From Candidatus Sumerlaeaceae bacterium (GTDB lineage: Bacteria > Sumerlaeota > Sumerlaeia > Sumerlaeales > Sumerlaeaceae), in NCBI GenBank assembly GCA_051003195.1, contig JBPCLP010000011.1:1-64000 (forward strand): a DNA stretch of 64,000 nt, written 5' to 3'. Shown here piece by piece: positions 19,698 to 29,799 of the stretch; positions within the stretch are counted from its first letter, which is position 1, and every line of letters begins with the position of its first letter. A model generated the notes under the pieces. It was not told where the DNA came from and did no database searches. It saw nothing but the letters and a program-made list of their open reading frames with translations. Position numbers and translations under genes: made by a program.

Positions 19698-20743
19698 TGA
19701 CGACACGAATATTGAGCGGAATGCGAAGCACGGGACGCCTGCACGTGGGCCACTATCTTGGCGCCCTGAAGAACTGGGTGCGGCTTCAGGATGAAGGCAA
19801 CGAATGCTTCTTCATGGTGGCGGACTGGCACGCATTGACAAGCGATTACGCGGACCCGGGGAAGCTGCGCGAGAATATGAAGGAGAGCGTACTGGGCTGG
19901 CTGGGTGCTGGGCTGGACCCGGAGCGATGCACGATCTTCGTGCAGTCGCTGGTAAAAGAGCATGCGGAACTCGCACTGCTGCTGGGCATGTTCACGCCGA
20001 CGCCGTGGCTGGAACGGAACCCCAGTTATAAAGACCAGATTATGCAGCTCGCCAACAAGGACTTGGAGACGTACGGCTTTCTCGGTTACCCGGTACTACA
20101 AGCAGCCGACATTTTGATCTATCGCGCGCACGCGGTTCCAATTGGCGAGGACCAGTTGCCGCACCTGGAACTCACACGCGAGATTGCGCGGCGGGTGAAC
20201 TTTTTTCACGGCGGCCCGATAGAGTCAGGCACGAATCGACCGCTCAACCCGATCTTTCCTGAGCCGGAACCCATCCTCAGCCATGTGCCGAAACTCTCGG
20301 GGCTCGACGGCCGCAAGATGAGCAAGAGTTACGATAACGGCATTTACCTGAATGACACGGAAGCCGACGTCGCAACCAAGGTGAAAAGCATGATCACCGA
20401 TACCACGCGCGTTCGGCGCAGCGATCCCGGCCATCCGGAGAACTGCACCGTCTGTCACTACCAGACCATTTTCAACCCGGACAAAGCCCCGGAATTGCAC
20501 GAGGGGTGCCGCACGGCCACATTGGGGTGCGTCGACTGCAAACGCGAGCTCGCGTCTGCGATGAACAATATGCTGTCACCGATGCGTGAACGTCGCGCTG
20601 CCTTTGAGAGTAAGCCAAAGCAAGTGGTGGAAATCCTGGCGCACGGCACCAATAAAGCCCGGGCCGAAGCACAAAAGACAATGCAAGTGCTGCGTCAGCG
20701 CTTGAATCTCGTGGAGTCGGTGGAGCAGGCAATCCAACCATGA
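19697..20743 (+). CDS. trpS: Tryptophan--tRNA ligase
   Basis: LSGMRSTGRLHVGH, YPVLQAADIL, GEDQLPH, KMSKS; TGATG coupling with the upstream gene. Confidence 0.98.
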   Translation: MTTRILSGMRSTGRLHVGHYLGALKNWVRLQDEGNECFFMVADWHALTSDYADPGKLRENMKESVLGWLGAGLDPERCTIFVQSLVKEHAELALLLGMFTPTPWLERNPSYKDQIMQLANKDLETYGFLGYPVLQAADILIYRAHAVPIGEDQLPHLELTREIARRVNFFHGGPIESGTNRPLNPIFPEPEPILSHVPKLSGLDGRKMSKSYDNGIYLNDTEADVATKVKSMITDTTRVRRSDPGHPENCTVCHYQTIFNPDKAPELHEGCRTATLGCVDCKRELASAMNNMLSPMRERRAAFESKPKQVVEILAHGTNKARAEAQKTMQVLRQRLNLVESVEQAIQP

Positions 20744-20768
20744 TGTACCGGCACAGCTGACTGTCCGC

Positions 20769-21578
20769 GTGGACAATACCGACAGGCTAAACCGACTGAC
20801 TCAGGCAAAGCAGTGGCTTGACGCCTACCGACCGCTTCATCCAGCAATTGCCGAGGAACTCAGTCAGCGGTTTGGAGTGCGCCTGACCCACCATTCCACC
20901 GCAATAGAAGGCAACACGCTCACACAAAGCGAAACGCAGATCGTCCTGGAAAAAGGGATCACGATTGGCGGCAAGTCGCTGAACGAACACCTGGAGGTGA
21001 TCGGTCACAAGGAGGCGTTGGATTTCGTCCTCGCTCTCTCAAATGAGGCAACACCGATTGGTGAGCGGGAAATCCGGGAGATCCACTCGCTGGTGATGAA
21101 AGGGCAGGAAACTTCTGATGCCGGTGCATACCGTTCACTAGATGTGAAAGCCGCCGGAACCGAGTTTATGTATCCGTCTCATCTGCATGTACCCGGGCAA
21201 ATGCGTGACTTTGTTACCTGGCTGAACAGTGAGGCAAATCTTCATCCGGTTCTGCGCGCATCGCATGCCCATCTGCACTTTGTGACCATTCATCCCTTTC
21301 GCGACGGTAACGGCCGGGTGGGTCGGTTGCTGATGAATCTGCTGCTGTTACGCGCCGGATATCCAATTGCTGTAATACCGGTGCAGCAGCGCGCCGAGTA
21401 CATCGATGCCTTGGTCAACGCGCAACAAGGCTCCCGTCCTGATGCAATCTACTGCATTGTTGCTGACTGCGTGGAAGCTTCCCTGCGGGAGACGCTTACG
21501 CTGTGCGTGAACTCGGGATACGCTTCGAAAATCGGAGTTCCAATTCCAGAGCTGCAGGAATGGCTAAGAGCCTGTTAG
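20769..21578 (+). CDS. Fic family protein (class II, N-terminal inhibitory helix)
   Basis: HPFRDGNGRVGR catalytic motif; STAIEGN inhibitory motif. Confidence 0.95.
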   Translation: MDNTDRLNRLTQAKQWLDAYRPLHPAIAEELSQRFGVRLTHHSTAIEGNTLTQSETQIVLEKGITIGGKSLNEHLEVIGHKEALDFVLALSNEATPIGEREIREIHSLVMKGQETSDAGAYRSLDVKAAGTEFMYPSHLHVPGQMRDFVTWLNSEANLHPVLRASHAHLHFVTIHPFRDGNGRVGRLLMNLLLLRAGYPIAVIPVQQRAEYIDALVNAQQGSRPDAIYCIVADCVEASLRETLTLCVNSGYASKIGVPIPELQEWLRAC

Positions 21579-21585
21579 GAGCTCA

Positions 21586-22281
21586 ATGATTCGTTGGAAC
21601 TTGAAGCTTCGCATCGTAGGATTATCAGATTCTCGAGTGCGTCAATATCGATCTCTCCTCAGTCGCGGATTCACGCTGATTGAATTGCTGATCGTGGTGG
21701 CGATTATCGCGGTTCTCGCGGCTATTGCCGTGCCGAATTTCCTGGAGGCCCAGGTGCGGGCAAAGACGTCTCGCGTGAAAGCGGACCTGCGAAGTGTGGC
21801 AACTGCAGTGGAAGCCTACGTCGTGGATGCAAATGACTATCCGCCGGGTTGTCGCGGAGACCTGCTGCATAATCTGTTTCGAATCACGACGCCCATCTCA
21901 TACATCACCAGCGTCGCAATGACTGATCCGTTCAAGCCACTCTCGTTGAACACGGTTAGTGTTACACAATCGTACGTGTGGTACAACTACAAGGGTGACG
22001 CCATGTATGTGGCGAACCCCGAACTTGGTGAACTGGTCGCCGAAGCACAGGCAGCCTATGGCAATGCCACGAATGCGCCGGCGATGTATTTATTGTCCAG
22101 TTTTGGTCCTGACCGCGTGTTTGACCGACTGGTCGCCGCCTCGTGCGAAGCAAGCCAGGGCAACCATGCTCTTGTCCCCAATCACTTCTATGATCCCACG
22201 AACGGCACGGTCAGTTCCGGAGACCTGGGGCGCTACGGCGGCATCTACCCACCTGTGGTCGCACGGTACGCTGGTCATTAG
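21586..22281 (+). CDS. Prepilin-type N-methylation domain protein (GspG/type IV pilin-like)
   Basis: SRG|FTLIELLIVVAIIAVLAAIAVPNF class III signal; C-terminal YDPTNGTVSSGD; start may be GTG 21637. Confidence 0.92.
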   Translation: MIRWNLKLRIVGLSDSRVRQYRSLLSRGFTLIELLIVVAIIAVLAAIAVPNFLEAQVRAKTSRVKADLRSVATAVEAYVVDANDYPPGCRGDLLHNLFRITTPISYITSVAMTDPFKPLSLNTVSVTQSYVWYNYKGDAMYVANPELGELVAEAQAAYGNATNAPAMYLLSSFGPDRVFDRLVAASCEASQGNHALVPNHFYDPTNGTVSSGDLGRYGGIYPPVVARYAGH

Positions 22282-22428
22282 GGCCGCGCGGCAGGGGCTT
22301 CGTGCTAATTGGCGGTTTGGCCTATAACAGTTGAAACGGTCGATCAGGTTCTCTAGGACTAAGGTTCTGCGAGTCGCAACCGCTCCTTTCCGCTGAAGGC
22401 TCGGCAGCACCTAAGTAACGGAACCAGA

Positions 22429-23181
22429 ATGACATATACAATTAAACTGCCGGTGTTCGAAGGCCCGTTCGACCTGCTGTTGCACCTCATTCGGGTCAAC
22501 GAGATGGACATCCATGACATCAAAGTTGCCCAGATCACCCAGCAGTATCTCGAGTACCTCGACATCATGCGCGAGTTGGACCTGGACCTCGCCGGCGAGT
22601 TCCTCGTCATGGCTGCCACGCTCATCCATATCAAGGCCCGGACGCTGCTGCCCGTTCCGCCCGAGCAGGAGGAGCACGAAGAGGAGATCGATGAGATTCT
22701 CTCGGCAAAGCAACTGGTCCGCCAACTGGTCGAGTATCGCAGGTTCAAAGAGGCTGCAGTAGCGTTGCGCGAGAAAGAGGACCAGGCGTCCAAGGTGCTC
22801 TTTCGCAATAATCCCGTCGTTCAGATTCAGCCCGATAATAACGCGGAAATGACGGCTGACATCCAGCTGCTTTACAAGGCGTTCTCGCGTGTGCTGCGGT
22901 TTGTCGAAGCCCCTGTCTACGATCCGCACATGGTGGAGAAGTACTCCGTAGAGGACAAGATTGCGCATATCGAAGATCTTCTGGAACGCGAGAAGACGTT
23001 CGACCTGGAGAATGTATTCCGTCGCTGCTTTAATAAGAACGAAGTCATTGTGACTTTTCTGGCGCTGCTGGAGCTTTGCCGTATGAAACGGCTGGTTGTG
23101 CAGCAGGAAAACCCTTTCGACAAGATCATGGTAACCGCCCAGGACGGGCAGCTGGAGTATGACATTGAATCAGAATCCTGA
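22429..23181 (+). CDS. scpA: Segregation and condensation protein A
   Basis: FEGPFDLLLHLI, EFLVMAATLIHIKARTLLP, VTFLALLEL. Confidence 0.97.
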   Translation: MTYTIKLPVFEGPFDLLLHLIRVNEMDIHDIKVAQITQQYLEYLDIMRELDLDLAGEFLVMAATLIHIKARTLLPVPPEQEEHEEEIDEILSAKQLVRQLVEYRRFKEAAVALREKEDQASKVLFRNNPVVQIQPDNNAEMTADIQLLYKAFSRVLRFVEAPVYDPHMVEKYSVEDKIAHIEDLLEREKTFDLENVFRRCFNKNEVIVTFLALLELCRMKRLVVQQENPFDKIMVTAQDGQLEYDIESES

Positions 23182-24130
23182 AGAGGAAGTTATTACGTTG
23201 CAGGAAGAAGAGCAGGAGTCACAGCAAAACACTGGACCCGCGGATCATGAGACCGCCGAAGAACAGTCGATGGACTCCAGCATTGCCGCCGACGGTCTTC
23301 CATTGGAGCTCGTGCAGGAGCTGGAGTACGTTAAACCCGCCTCTACCGACAAAAAGGGTAAAAAGCAGGACGACGATGAAGACGCCACCAACCTTACCCT
23401 TTCCAGTGTTTCCGACGCGCGCGCGGTTATCGAGGGCTATCTCTTCACCAGCAACGAGCCCCTTTCGGTTCAACGGCTCTCCAGGCTGATGAACAATCTG
23501 CACCCACGCACCGTTCGTGGACTGCTGCTCGAGCTTCAGATGGAATACGACAGTCGTCCCGGCGCGCTGCAGATCGTCGAGATCGCCGGCGGCTTCCAGA
23601 TGGCCACGCGCCCTCACCTCGCCGACTGGATGTTCCGCATGCACCGTCACAAGCGGCGCAGCGCCCTCTCCCCTGCCACGCTTGAGACGTTGGCGATTGT
23701 GGCTTACAAGCAGCCAATCACCAAGGGCGAAGTGGAAGCGATTCGTGGCGTGGAAAGCAGTGGTACTGTGCGCACGCTGCAGGACCTGAATCTCGTCGAA
23801 GCTTCCGGACGGCGTGAAGTCATCGGGCGCCCGCAGCTATTTGTGACCACCGACCAGTTCCTGAAGGCGTTCGGCCTCAAGTCACTTGCCGATCTGCCAT
23901 CCATTTCCGAATTGCGCAATCTCTTCGCAAACGAGCAGAAACTACAGGCTGCCGTCGCACAACAGAACAGCTCCGAACCGAGTCTTGAGGAGCAATCCGG
24001 GGAATCGCAGCCAGAGCCGACGGCGGAGCTGGAGACTCCGGCTGAAACCCAAACAACGGCCGAAACGGTAACCGACGACCTGGACGAAGCACCCGATACA
24101 GAAACTGCGGACGAGCAGCCTGAAGATTAA
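23159..24130 (+). CDS. scpB: SMC-Scp complex subunit ScpB with acidic extensions
   Basis: LSPATLETLAIVAYKQPITKGEVEAIRGV, GRPQLFVTT..FL..FGL.SL.DLP. Confidence 0.96.
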   Translation: MTLNQNPEEEVITLQEEEQESQQNTGPADHETAEEQSMDSSIAADGLPLELVQELEYVKPASTDKKGKKQDDDEDATNLTLSSVSDARAVIEGYLFTSNEPLSVQRLSRLMNNLHPRTVRGLLLELQMEYDSRPGALQIVEIAGGFQMATRPHLADWMFRMHRHKRRSALSPATLETLAIVAYKQPITKGEVEAIRGVESSGTVRTLQDLNLVEASGRREVIGRPQLFVTTDQFLKAFGLKSLADLPSISELRNLFANEQKLQAAVAQQNSSEPSLEEQSGESQPEPTAELETPAETQTTAETVTDDLDEAPDTETADEQPED

Positions 24131-24150
24131 ACAGAGGCTCTTAGTTGCAA

Positions 24151-24531
24151 CTAAACCGCGGTCGTGGAACTCGCTGCGTCGCGGGCTTTCCTTGCCGCGA
24201 TAAAGCTCCGGACGCACGTAACCAGGAACACCGCGCAGATCGCCGCCATCGCAGTCTGCGCAGAAACAGCCGGGTTGCTGAAATCGGCTGCGCCGCTCGA
24301 CACTTTTTTGATTACCATCACGGCGGGCATCACAAAGCCAAGCAGCGCCAGCATGGCAGCGGCGTGCATGGCGTGTTTGAGCATGGCCGGATTCCGCGCC
24401 ACGAATCCGCACACGATAAACAGAATCCCGAATGCCGCTGGAATGAGCGCAGTCGGCGCCCTCGTCCCCGCATAGGTTGCTATTCCCAGAAAAATCAATA
24501 TGATCCCAAAAATTATCGCGGTACGTGGCAT
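24151..24531 (-). CDS. Small hydrophobic membrane protein (4 TM)
   Basis: TALIPAAFG, KHAMHAAA, RSFIAARK; CAGGAG RBS before ATG 24531. Confidence 0.75.
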   Translation of the reverse strand: MPRTAIIFGIILIFLGIATYAGTRAPTALIPAAFGILFIVCGFVARNPAMLKHAMHAAAMLALLGFVMPAVMVIKKVSSGAADFSNPAVSAQTAMAAICAVFLVTCVRSFIAARKARDAASSTTAV

Positions 24532-24651
24532 TCTGTACTCCTGCTCAGATTGGACTATCCAGAGCTTCGAACGGCGCCGGGCGAGGATCAACTACAATTC
24601 ACGGTGCCCGCAATACAGTACGGCTGCTGGGACCGAACTCATGCGATCACA

Positions 24652-24713
24652 GGGCTGTTGAAAAACCGACACCGGAGGTGTCGAACATGAATAGCCCCAG
24701 GTGCAACCTGCGG
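24652..24713. mobile_element. Truncated MITE-like element (left end only)
   Basis: GGGCTGTTGAAAAA...CGACACCGGAGGTGTCGAACAT.AATAGCC.CAGGTGCAACCTGCGG, nearly identical to the left part of the 39019 element. Confidence 0.75.
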
Positions 24714-24904
24714 ATCCGGCATCGGGGCTGGTGCGGAAGGCCCAAACTCTCGCGCGAAAACTGCCGCCTGAATATGATCCGTCGGACCCGGGTTCGGTGC
24801 CGGAATATACAATCCAGTGATCGGTGAAGCCGTAAGACGCAGCTGAGTTCAAAACGCGTCGAAAAGCTTGCATCATCCGATGGCAGATAGCTTTGTCTGG
24901 CCTC

Positions 24905-26053
24905 ATGAAAACGACAGAATTGAAAATTGCCGCGATGACACTGCTGGCCGGTGGATTGACGTACGCGCAGCCGCCAGTCAACCCCTCGGTCCCGCAGCCG
25001 GACCCGCCGCCGAGCACGTTTACACTGGAGCTAGTCAAAACACCGGACGCCGAGCTTTTCTCCCGCGAAGGTGTGGAGCGGAGCATGCGCAAGGCAGCCG
25101 ATTTTGGCCTGACGACGTTTACGCAACCCGGCCGCAATGAGTGGGTCCGATCCACCTTCTATGCTGGTGTTATGGCGACCTATTACACGACGAGCGACAC
25201 CAGGTACCTGGACGCGGCGACGAGCTGGGCACAATCAGTAAACTTTACGACCGCGACACGCGATAAGGGCCGCGCGGATAACCAGTGTTGCGGGCAGGTG
25301 TACTGCGAGCTGTACATGGCAAAAAAGGATCCGCGTATGCTCGAGACAATCCGCGCGTCGTTTGATGAGATGGCCCGTCAGCGTCCCAGGGGCCGCGCGG
25401 AGTGGTGGTGGTGCGACGCCCTGTTCATGGCACCGACTGTCATGGTGCGGCTGACGGATGTGACGGGCGATCCAAAGTATGTGCAGCAAATGCACGAGAT
25501 GTATTGGGATAGCTGGGACTTCCTGTTCGACCGGAACGAGAATCTGTTCTACCGCGACCAGAACTATTTCTACGTGCGCACCATGGCCAACTGTCAGAAG
25601 ATCTTCTGGTCACGCGGCAATGGATGGGTGATTGCCGGGCTGGCGCGTATTCTTCCATACCTGCCACAGGATGATCCGCATCGCGCGCGGTACGTCGACC
25701 TGTACGTAAAAATGGCTTCAAGGCTGGCGGGTCTGCAACGCGCGGATGGATTATGGCGCAGCAGTCTGCTGGATGCAGACGAGTACCCTTTTCCCGAGAG
25801 CAGTGGCACGGGATTCTTCACCTTCGCGCTCGCGTGGGGAATTAACAATGGCCTGCTGGATCGCGAGCAATATCTACCGGTCGTGAAGAAGGGCTGGCGC
25901 GGGCTTAATTCCGTCATCACGTCTGACGGCATGGTGGGTTACGTGCAGCAAATCGCCGGCGCACCTGGCTTTGTACGTCCCGACCAGACGCAGGAGTATG
26001 CTGTCGGCGCGTTCCTGCTGGCAGGAAGCGAAGTTGCGAAGCTGAAGATGTAG
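24905..26053 (+). CDS. Secreted glycoside hydrolase family 105/88 (unsaturated uronyl hydrolase)
   Basis: Signal peptide; ADNQCCGQ, WWWCDALFMAP, FWSRGNGWV, ESSGT, GAFLLAGSE. Confidence 0.92.
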   Translation: MKTTELKIAAMTLLAGGLTYAQPPVNPSVPQPDPPPSTFTLELVKTPDAELFSREGVERSMRKAADFGLTTFTQPGRNEWVRSTFYAGVMATYYTTSDTRYLDAATSWAQSVNFTTATRDKGRADNQCCGQVYCELYMAKKDPRMLETIRASFDEMARQRPRGRAEWWWCDALFMAPTVMVRLTDVTGDPKYVQQMHEMYWDSWDFLFDRNENLFYRDQNYFYVRTMANCQKIFWSRGNGWVIAGLARILPYLPQDDPHRARYVDLYVKMASRLAGLQRADGLWRSSLLDADEYPFPESSGTGFFTFALAWGINNGLLDREQYLPVVKKGWRGLNSVITSDGMVGYVQQIAGAPGFVRPDQTQEYAVGAFLLAGSEVAKLKM

Positions 26054-26055
26054 CG

Positions 26056-27942
26056 TTGTTTTTGAACAGAACAACACGCTGCGCACGCGTTTGCGTCAAA
26101 GCGCTTACAATCGGGCCGGTACTGTGTTTGGCGACTACGACTTTCGCAGACACAGTAGAGATCGGCAGGTCTGGTAAGCCGCCTGCCATCGTCACGACCC
26201 AGCCGGACGAGGTTGTCGCCGTTGCGAAGGGGCGACTGCAGCAATATTTGGCGGCGCTTTGCGGCAAAACGCCTCAAATGAGGACGACCACACCCATTGA
26301 TGCGGATGTGATTGTTCTCGGCGACAGGACTCTGGCGGAGCAGTACAAGGTTGCTGTTCCAGATACAGCTTCGTCGGAAAGCTACAGCATCGCGCACATC
26401 CAACGCGGCAAGCAAAAGCTGCTGATCGTGAGCGGGAGTTCGGAACCGGGCATTAAGCAGGGCATTTACCACGTGGTGCGCAATTCGCGCATGCACGAAG
26501 GAATCCTTCTGCTGGACCACGCCACCACCCAATCCCGTCCGTTCTTTGAACAGCGGGTATCTCACATTGGCGGCTACACGCGCCAGCACCTGGATGTGAA
26601 TACAGGTGCGCGGCTAGCCAAAGGCACACATGCGACTCCCGAACAGGAACGAGCCAACCTGGTTCAGTTTTGGGAGCCACAGCGGCTTGGTGATTACGTG
26701 GACATGCTGGACTTCTTCGGCTATAATAACATTGAGGCACCGCCCGGTTTTTATAGCCCTAAGGATCTGCAATCCAGCACGACCCAAAGGCGAAAGGTAT
26801 TCCGCGAGCGGATCCTGCGCAACGGCATGGCAAGCACCGCGAAGATCGACGGCACGATGCCGGGTTCGCTGCCGTATGGCGAAGACTCGAAGACCAGCTA
26901 CTCCGAATATTATCGCGGTTTCGCCGAAACTGCTGCGCGCGATTCGGATTTTGTGCTCACACACTGGGTTGATGCGGGCGGCTGGAAGAGCACTCCGGAG
27001 CATCCCTGCACAATCGACGTGCTGCAGGATCTGCACCAGCAGTTGCACGAGGAATTCAAACGCGTGAACCCGCGCATAGAATCGATTCTAAGCCTCTGGT
27101 ACCTGGATCATCCCCAGTATCAGCGGTGGCTGAGTTATCGCGGCGTGGACACAATTCTCACTACCGGCAAAATCCCTCAAGATATTGGGCTCGCAATGAG
27201 TCGCACTTACAAACCTCACGAAGCGCACAAAATAACGGCCGCCGGCCACAAGGCCGCGGTTTGGGGCTGGTACATGGCCGATCACGAACTGCTCTACACG
27301 ATGCATGTGCACACGAACATGATGCGGAAATACTTCGGTGCGCTGCCGAACGAAGCCTCTCAGCAGGTGTTCTTCCATTCGCTCGATAACTGCCAGCGCG
27401 GAACGAACCTCTATACGGTTTATGTCGGCGCGCGTATGCTGTGGGATCCATACCAGGATCCGGAAATTCCGCTGCGGGAAGTCGCGCGCCTTGTTTACGG
27501 GCCGAAACTCGAAACTCGAGTTTTTAACGCGCTGAAAGCAATTGCCGATGTGCGATGTGGTGGCGGCCCCTGCCGCGGCTTCTGGACGCCTGCCATTACC
27601 ACCGGCACGGTACGTGTCAGCGACAGGCTAACCTCGAACGGCGTGGTCACTTTCCGCCAGGGTCACCAACAGGCCGTCGCTGCATGGGAGGCAATTAAGG
27701 ACGCGGAAATCGATCCGGATTACATTCCACCCATCAACTTTCACCGGTCAACCAACGTTCTACTTGATGAACTGAAAGGTCATACTGAAGCAGTGGCGAA
27801 ATTTATGCAATATATTCAGGATACCCGGGACGGCAAATCCCGGCCAACCGAAGTACCGCGTGCCTCCGGCGCATTTGAGTATTACGAACGCATGCGAACC
27901 GTCGATGATAAACGCACTACGCCCGGTGTTGTTTCGCGCTGA
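26056..27942 (+). CDS. Secreted hypothetical protein, possible glycoside-hydrolase-like
   Basis: 628 aa, signal-like N-terminus, N-domain resembling GH20/GH67 N-terminal domains (ESYSI...LIVSG...GIKQGIY); operonic with GH105. Confidence 0.6.
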   Translation: MFLNRTTRCARVCVKALTIGPVLCLATTTFADTVEIGRSGKPPAIVTTQPDEVVAVAKGRLQQYLAALCGKTPQMRTTTPIDADVIVLGDRTLAEQYKVAVPDTASSESYSIAHIQRGKQKLLIVSGSSEPGIKQGIYHVVRNSRMHEGILLLDHATTQSRPFFEQRVSHIGGYTRQHLDVNTGARLAKGTHATPEQERANLVQFWEPQRLGDYVDMLDFFGYNNIEAPPGFYSPKDLQSSTTQRRKVFRERILRNGMASTAKIDGTMPGSLPYGEDSKTSYSEYYRGFAETAARDSDFVLTHWVDAGGWKSTPEHPCTIDVLQDLHQQLHEEFKRVNPRIESILSLWYLDHPQYQRWLSYRGVDTILTTGKIPQDIGLAMSRTYKPHEAHKITAAGHKAAVWGWYMADHELLYTMHVHTNMMRKYFGALPNEASQQVFFHSLDNCQRGTNLYTVYVGARMLWDPYQDPEIPLREVARLVYGPKLETRVFNALKAIADVRCGGGPCRGFWTPAITTGTVRVSDRLTSNGVVTFRQGHQQAVAAWEAIKDAEIDPDYIPPINFHRSTNVLLDELKGHTEAVAKFMQYIQDTRDGKSRPTEVPRASGAFEYYERMRTVDDKRTTPGVVSR

Positions 27943-28020
27943 GCTGTTTTTGCACTTCGTTAGAATGGCCTCTCGATTGCCAAGTAAACGATTCTGAAGA
28001 ACGCACGGAAAGGCTCTATC

Positions 28021-28908
28021 ATGTCAGGCGTCATGGATCATACCCCGAACCCCGCACCGCTGGAAGATCTTGAGCACTGGGAAGAGTTCCTGAAGGGCCG
28101 CTACCCCCAACCCGACACTTCGGACGGCGACGCTAAACCAAAAGAAGAGTTTCGCGATTATCGCGCAGAAGCACGACCTTCCGTGAAGGAATTTTACTGG
28201 CTCAATCACAGGCACCAGACCTTTGATTTCGTGAAGGCGAAGAAGGCGGAATTCCTGCCGCTGAACCGGCGCCAGATGGGCATCTGGGAAGCCATGGAGT
28301 ATTTAAATACACTCGTCGATGACAGTGACCCGGACACCGATCTTTCCCAGCTCGAGCATCTCCTGCAGGCCGCCGAAGCTGTGCGCCGCGACGGGCATCC
28401 GCGCTGGTTTGTCCTGACCGGACTGATCCACGATCTCGGCAAAATACTCTGCTTATGGGACGAGCCGCAATGGGCGGTGGTCGGCGATACATTCCCGGTC
28501 GGCTGCGCCTACTCCGACAGAATTGTTTTCCCGGAATTCTTTTCAGAGAATCCGGATTCAAAAGTGCCCGAGTACCAGACGCGGACAGGCATCTACGAAG
28601 AGGACTGCGGACTCGACAAGGTTCACATCTCCTGGGGACATGATGAGTACCTGTATAACGTGGTGAAAGATCACCTGCCGCCCGAGGCGCTGTACATGGT
28701 ACGTTACCACTCCTTCTACGCGGCACATCGCGAAGGCGCGTACGATTACCTGATGAACGACACGGACCGGCGGATGTTTGAATGGGTACGAAAGTTCAAT
28801 CCCTACGATCTGTATTCGAAGAGCGAAGCTCCGCCGGATGTGAAAGTACTAAAGCCTTATTACCAGGAGCTCGTCGCCGAGTATTTTCCCGACAAGCTGA
28901 ACTGGTGA
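28021..28908 (+). CDS. Myo-inositol oxygenase family (HD-fold diiron)
   Basis: [55 protein letters not shown]. Confidence 0.95.
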   Translation: MSGVMDHTPNPAPLEDLEHWEEFLKGRYPQPDTSDGDAKPKEEFRDYRAEARPSVKEFYWLNHRHQTFDFVKAKKAEFLPLNRRQMGIWEAMEYLNTLVDDSDPDTDLSQLEHLLQAAEAVRRDGHPRWFVLTGLIHDLGKILCLWDEPQWAVVGDTFPVGCAYSDRIVFPEFFSENPDSKVPEYQTRTGIYEEDCGLDKVHISWGHDEYLYNVVKDHLPPEALYMVRYHSFYAAHREGAYDYLMNDTDRRMFEWVRKFNPYDLYSKSEAPPDVKVLKPYYQELVAEYFPDKLNW

Positions 28909-28962
28909 CGCGGCGCTTCCCGCCGCCATCGGCCTGCGACTCCTGGACATTGTGTTGAAACC

Positions 28963-29799
28963 ATGAGTGAAAACTCCGCAGGCACTGACACCAGGGAACT
29001 TTATCAGGCTTCTGCGTTCGCTGAATGGGTAGAGAGTTTCGACGCCGTCACTGAGCACGCAATCGAGCAATATCAGCATCACGGCTTTCTGGCCATTCAT
29101 AATGCGTTTTCTGCGGAAGAATTGCAAAGCGCCCGGGAGGCGCTTGCGCGGCTCGTGAATGGAGAAACAGATGGCTTCACGAATATCCAGTTTGAAGCGG
29201 CGGTGGCCGGGCACATCACAGAATTATCGCCCGAAGATCGGATGGACTCTGTTCGGAAACTGATGTACTTCACCGAGTTTGAAACCCCGCTGGATGCGCT
29301 CGCGCATCATCCGAAACTTCAGTCGATCCTCGCGCGCATCCTCGGAGATGTTCCCGTATTATTCCAGGATATGGCCTTGTTAAAACCGCCCATGGTGGGA
29401 GGGGAAAAACCCTGGCACCAGGACCTGGCTTACTTCAATTTGCCGATATCGGCTAAAGTCGTCGGCGTATGGATTGCGCTGGATCCAGCCACTCCCCAAA
29501 ACGGCTGTATGCACGTTCTGCCCGGGCGCCAAAAAGCTGGACCGATTGCGCATTTTAAGCGACGAGACTGGCAGATTTGCGACAACGAAACGTCAGGGCT
29601 GGGCTGTGTTGCAGTGCCTCTCGAGCCTGGTGGGTGTCTGTTGTTTGACGGACTGCTGCCTCACGGGACGCCGCCCAATACAACGCAGCAGCGCAGGCGG
29701 GCCCTGCAGTTTCATTTCAAAGGCGCAAAGCAGCAGGGCGTAAGCGAAGAGGAACGTTTAGCCGTATTTGGTGGAGAGGGACGAGGCGTTGAGTGCTAG
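28963..29799 (+). CDS. Phytanoyl-CoA dioxygenase (PhyH) family Fe(II)/2OG oxygenase
   Basis: KPP..GGEKPWHQD, WIALD..T..NGCM, HGTPPN...RR. Confidence 0.93.
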   Translation: MSENSAGTDTRELYQASAFAEWVESFDAVTEHAIEQYQHHGFLAIHNAFSAEELQSAREALARLVNGETDGFTNIQFEAAVAGHITELSPEDRMDSVRKLMYFTEFETPLDALAHHPKLQSILARILGDVPVLFQDMALLKPPMVGGEKPWHQDLAYFNLPISAKVVGVWIALDPATPQNGCMHVLPGRQKAGPIAHFKRRDWQICDNETSGLGCVAVPLEPGGCLLFDGLLPHGTPPNTTQQRRRALQFHFKGAKQQGVSEEERLAVFGGEGRGVEC

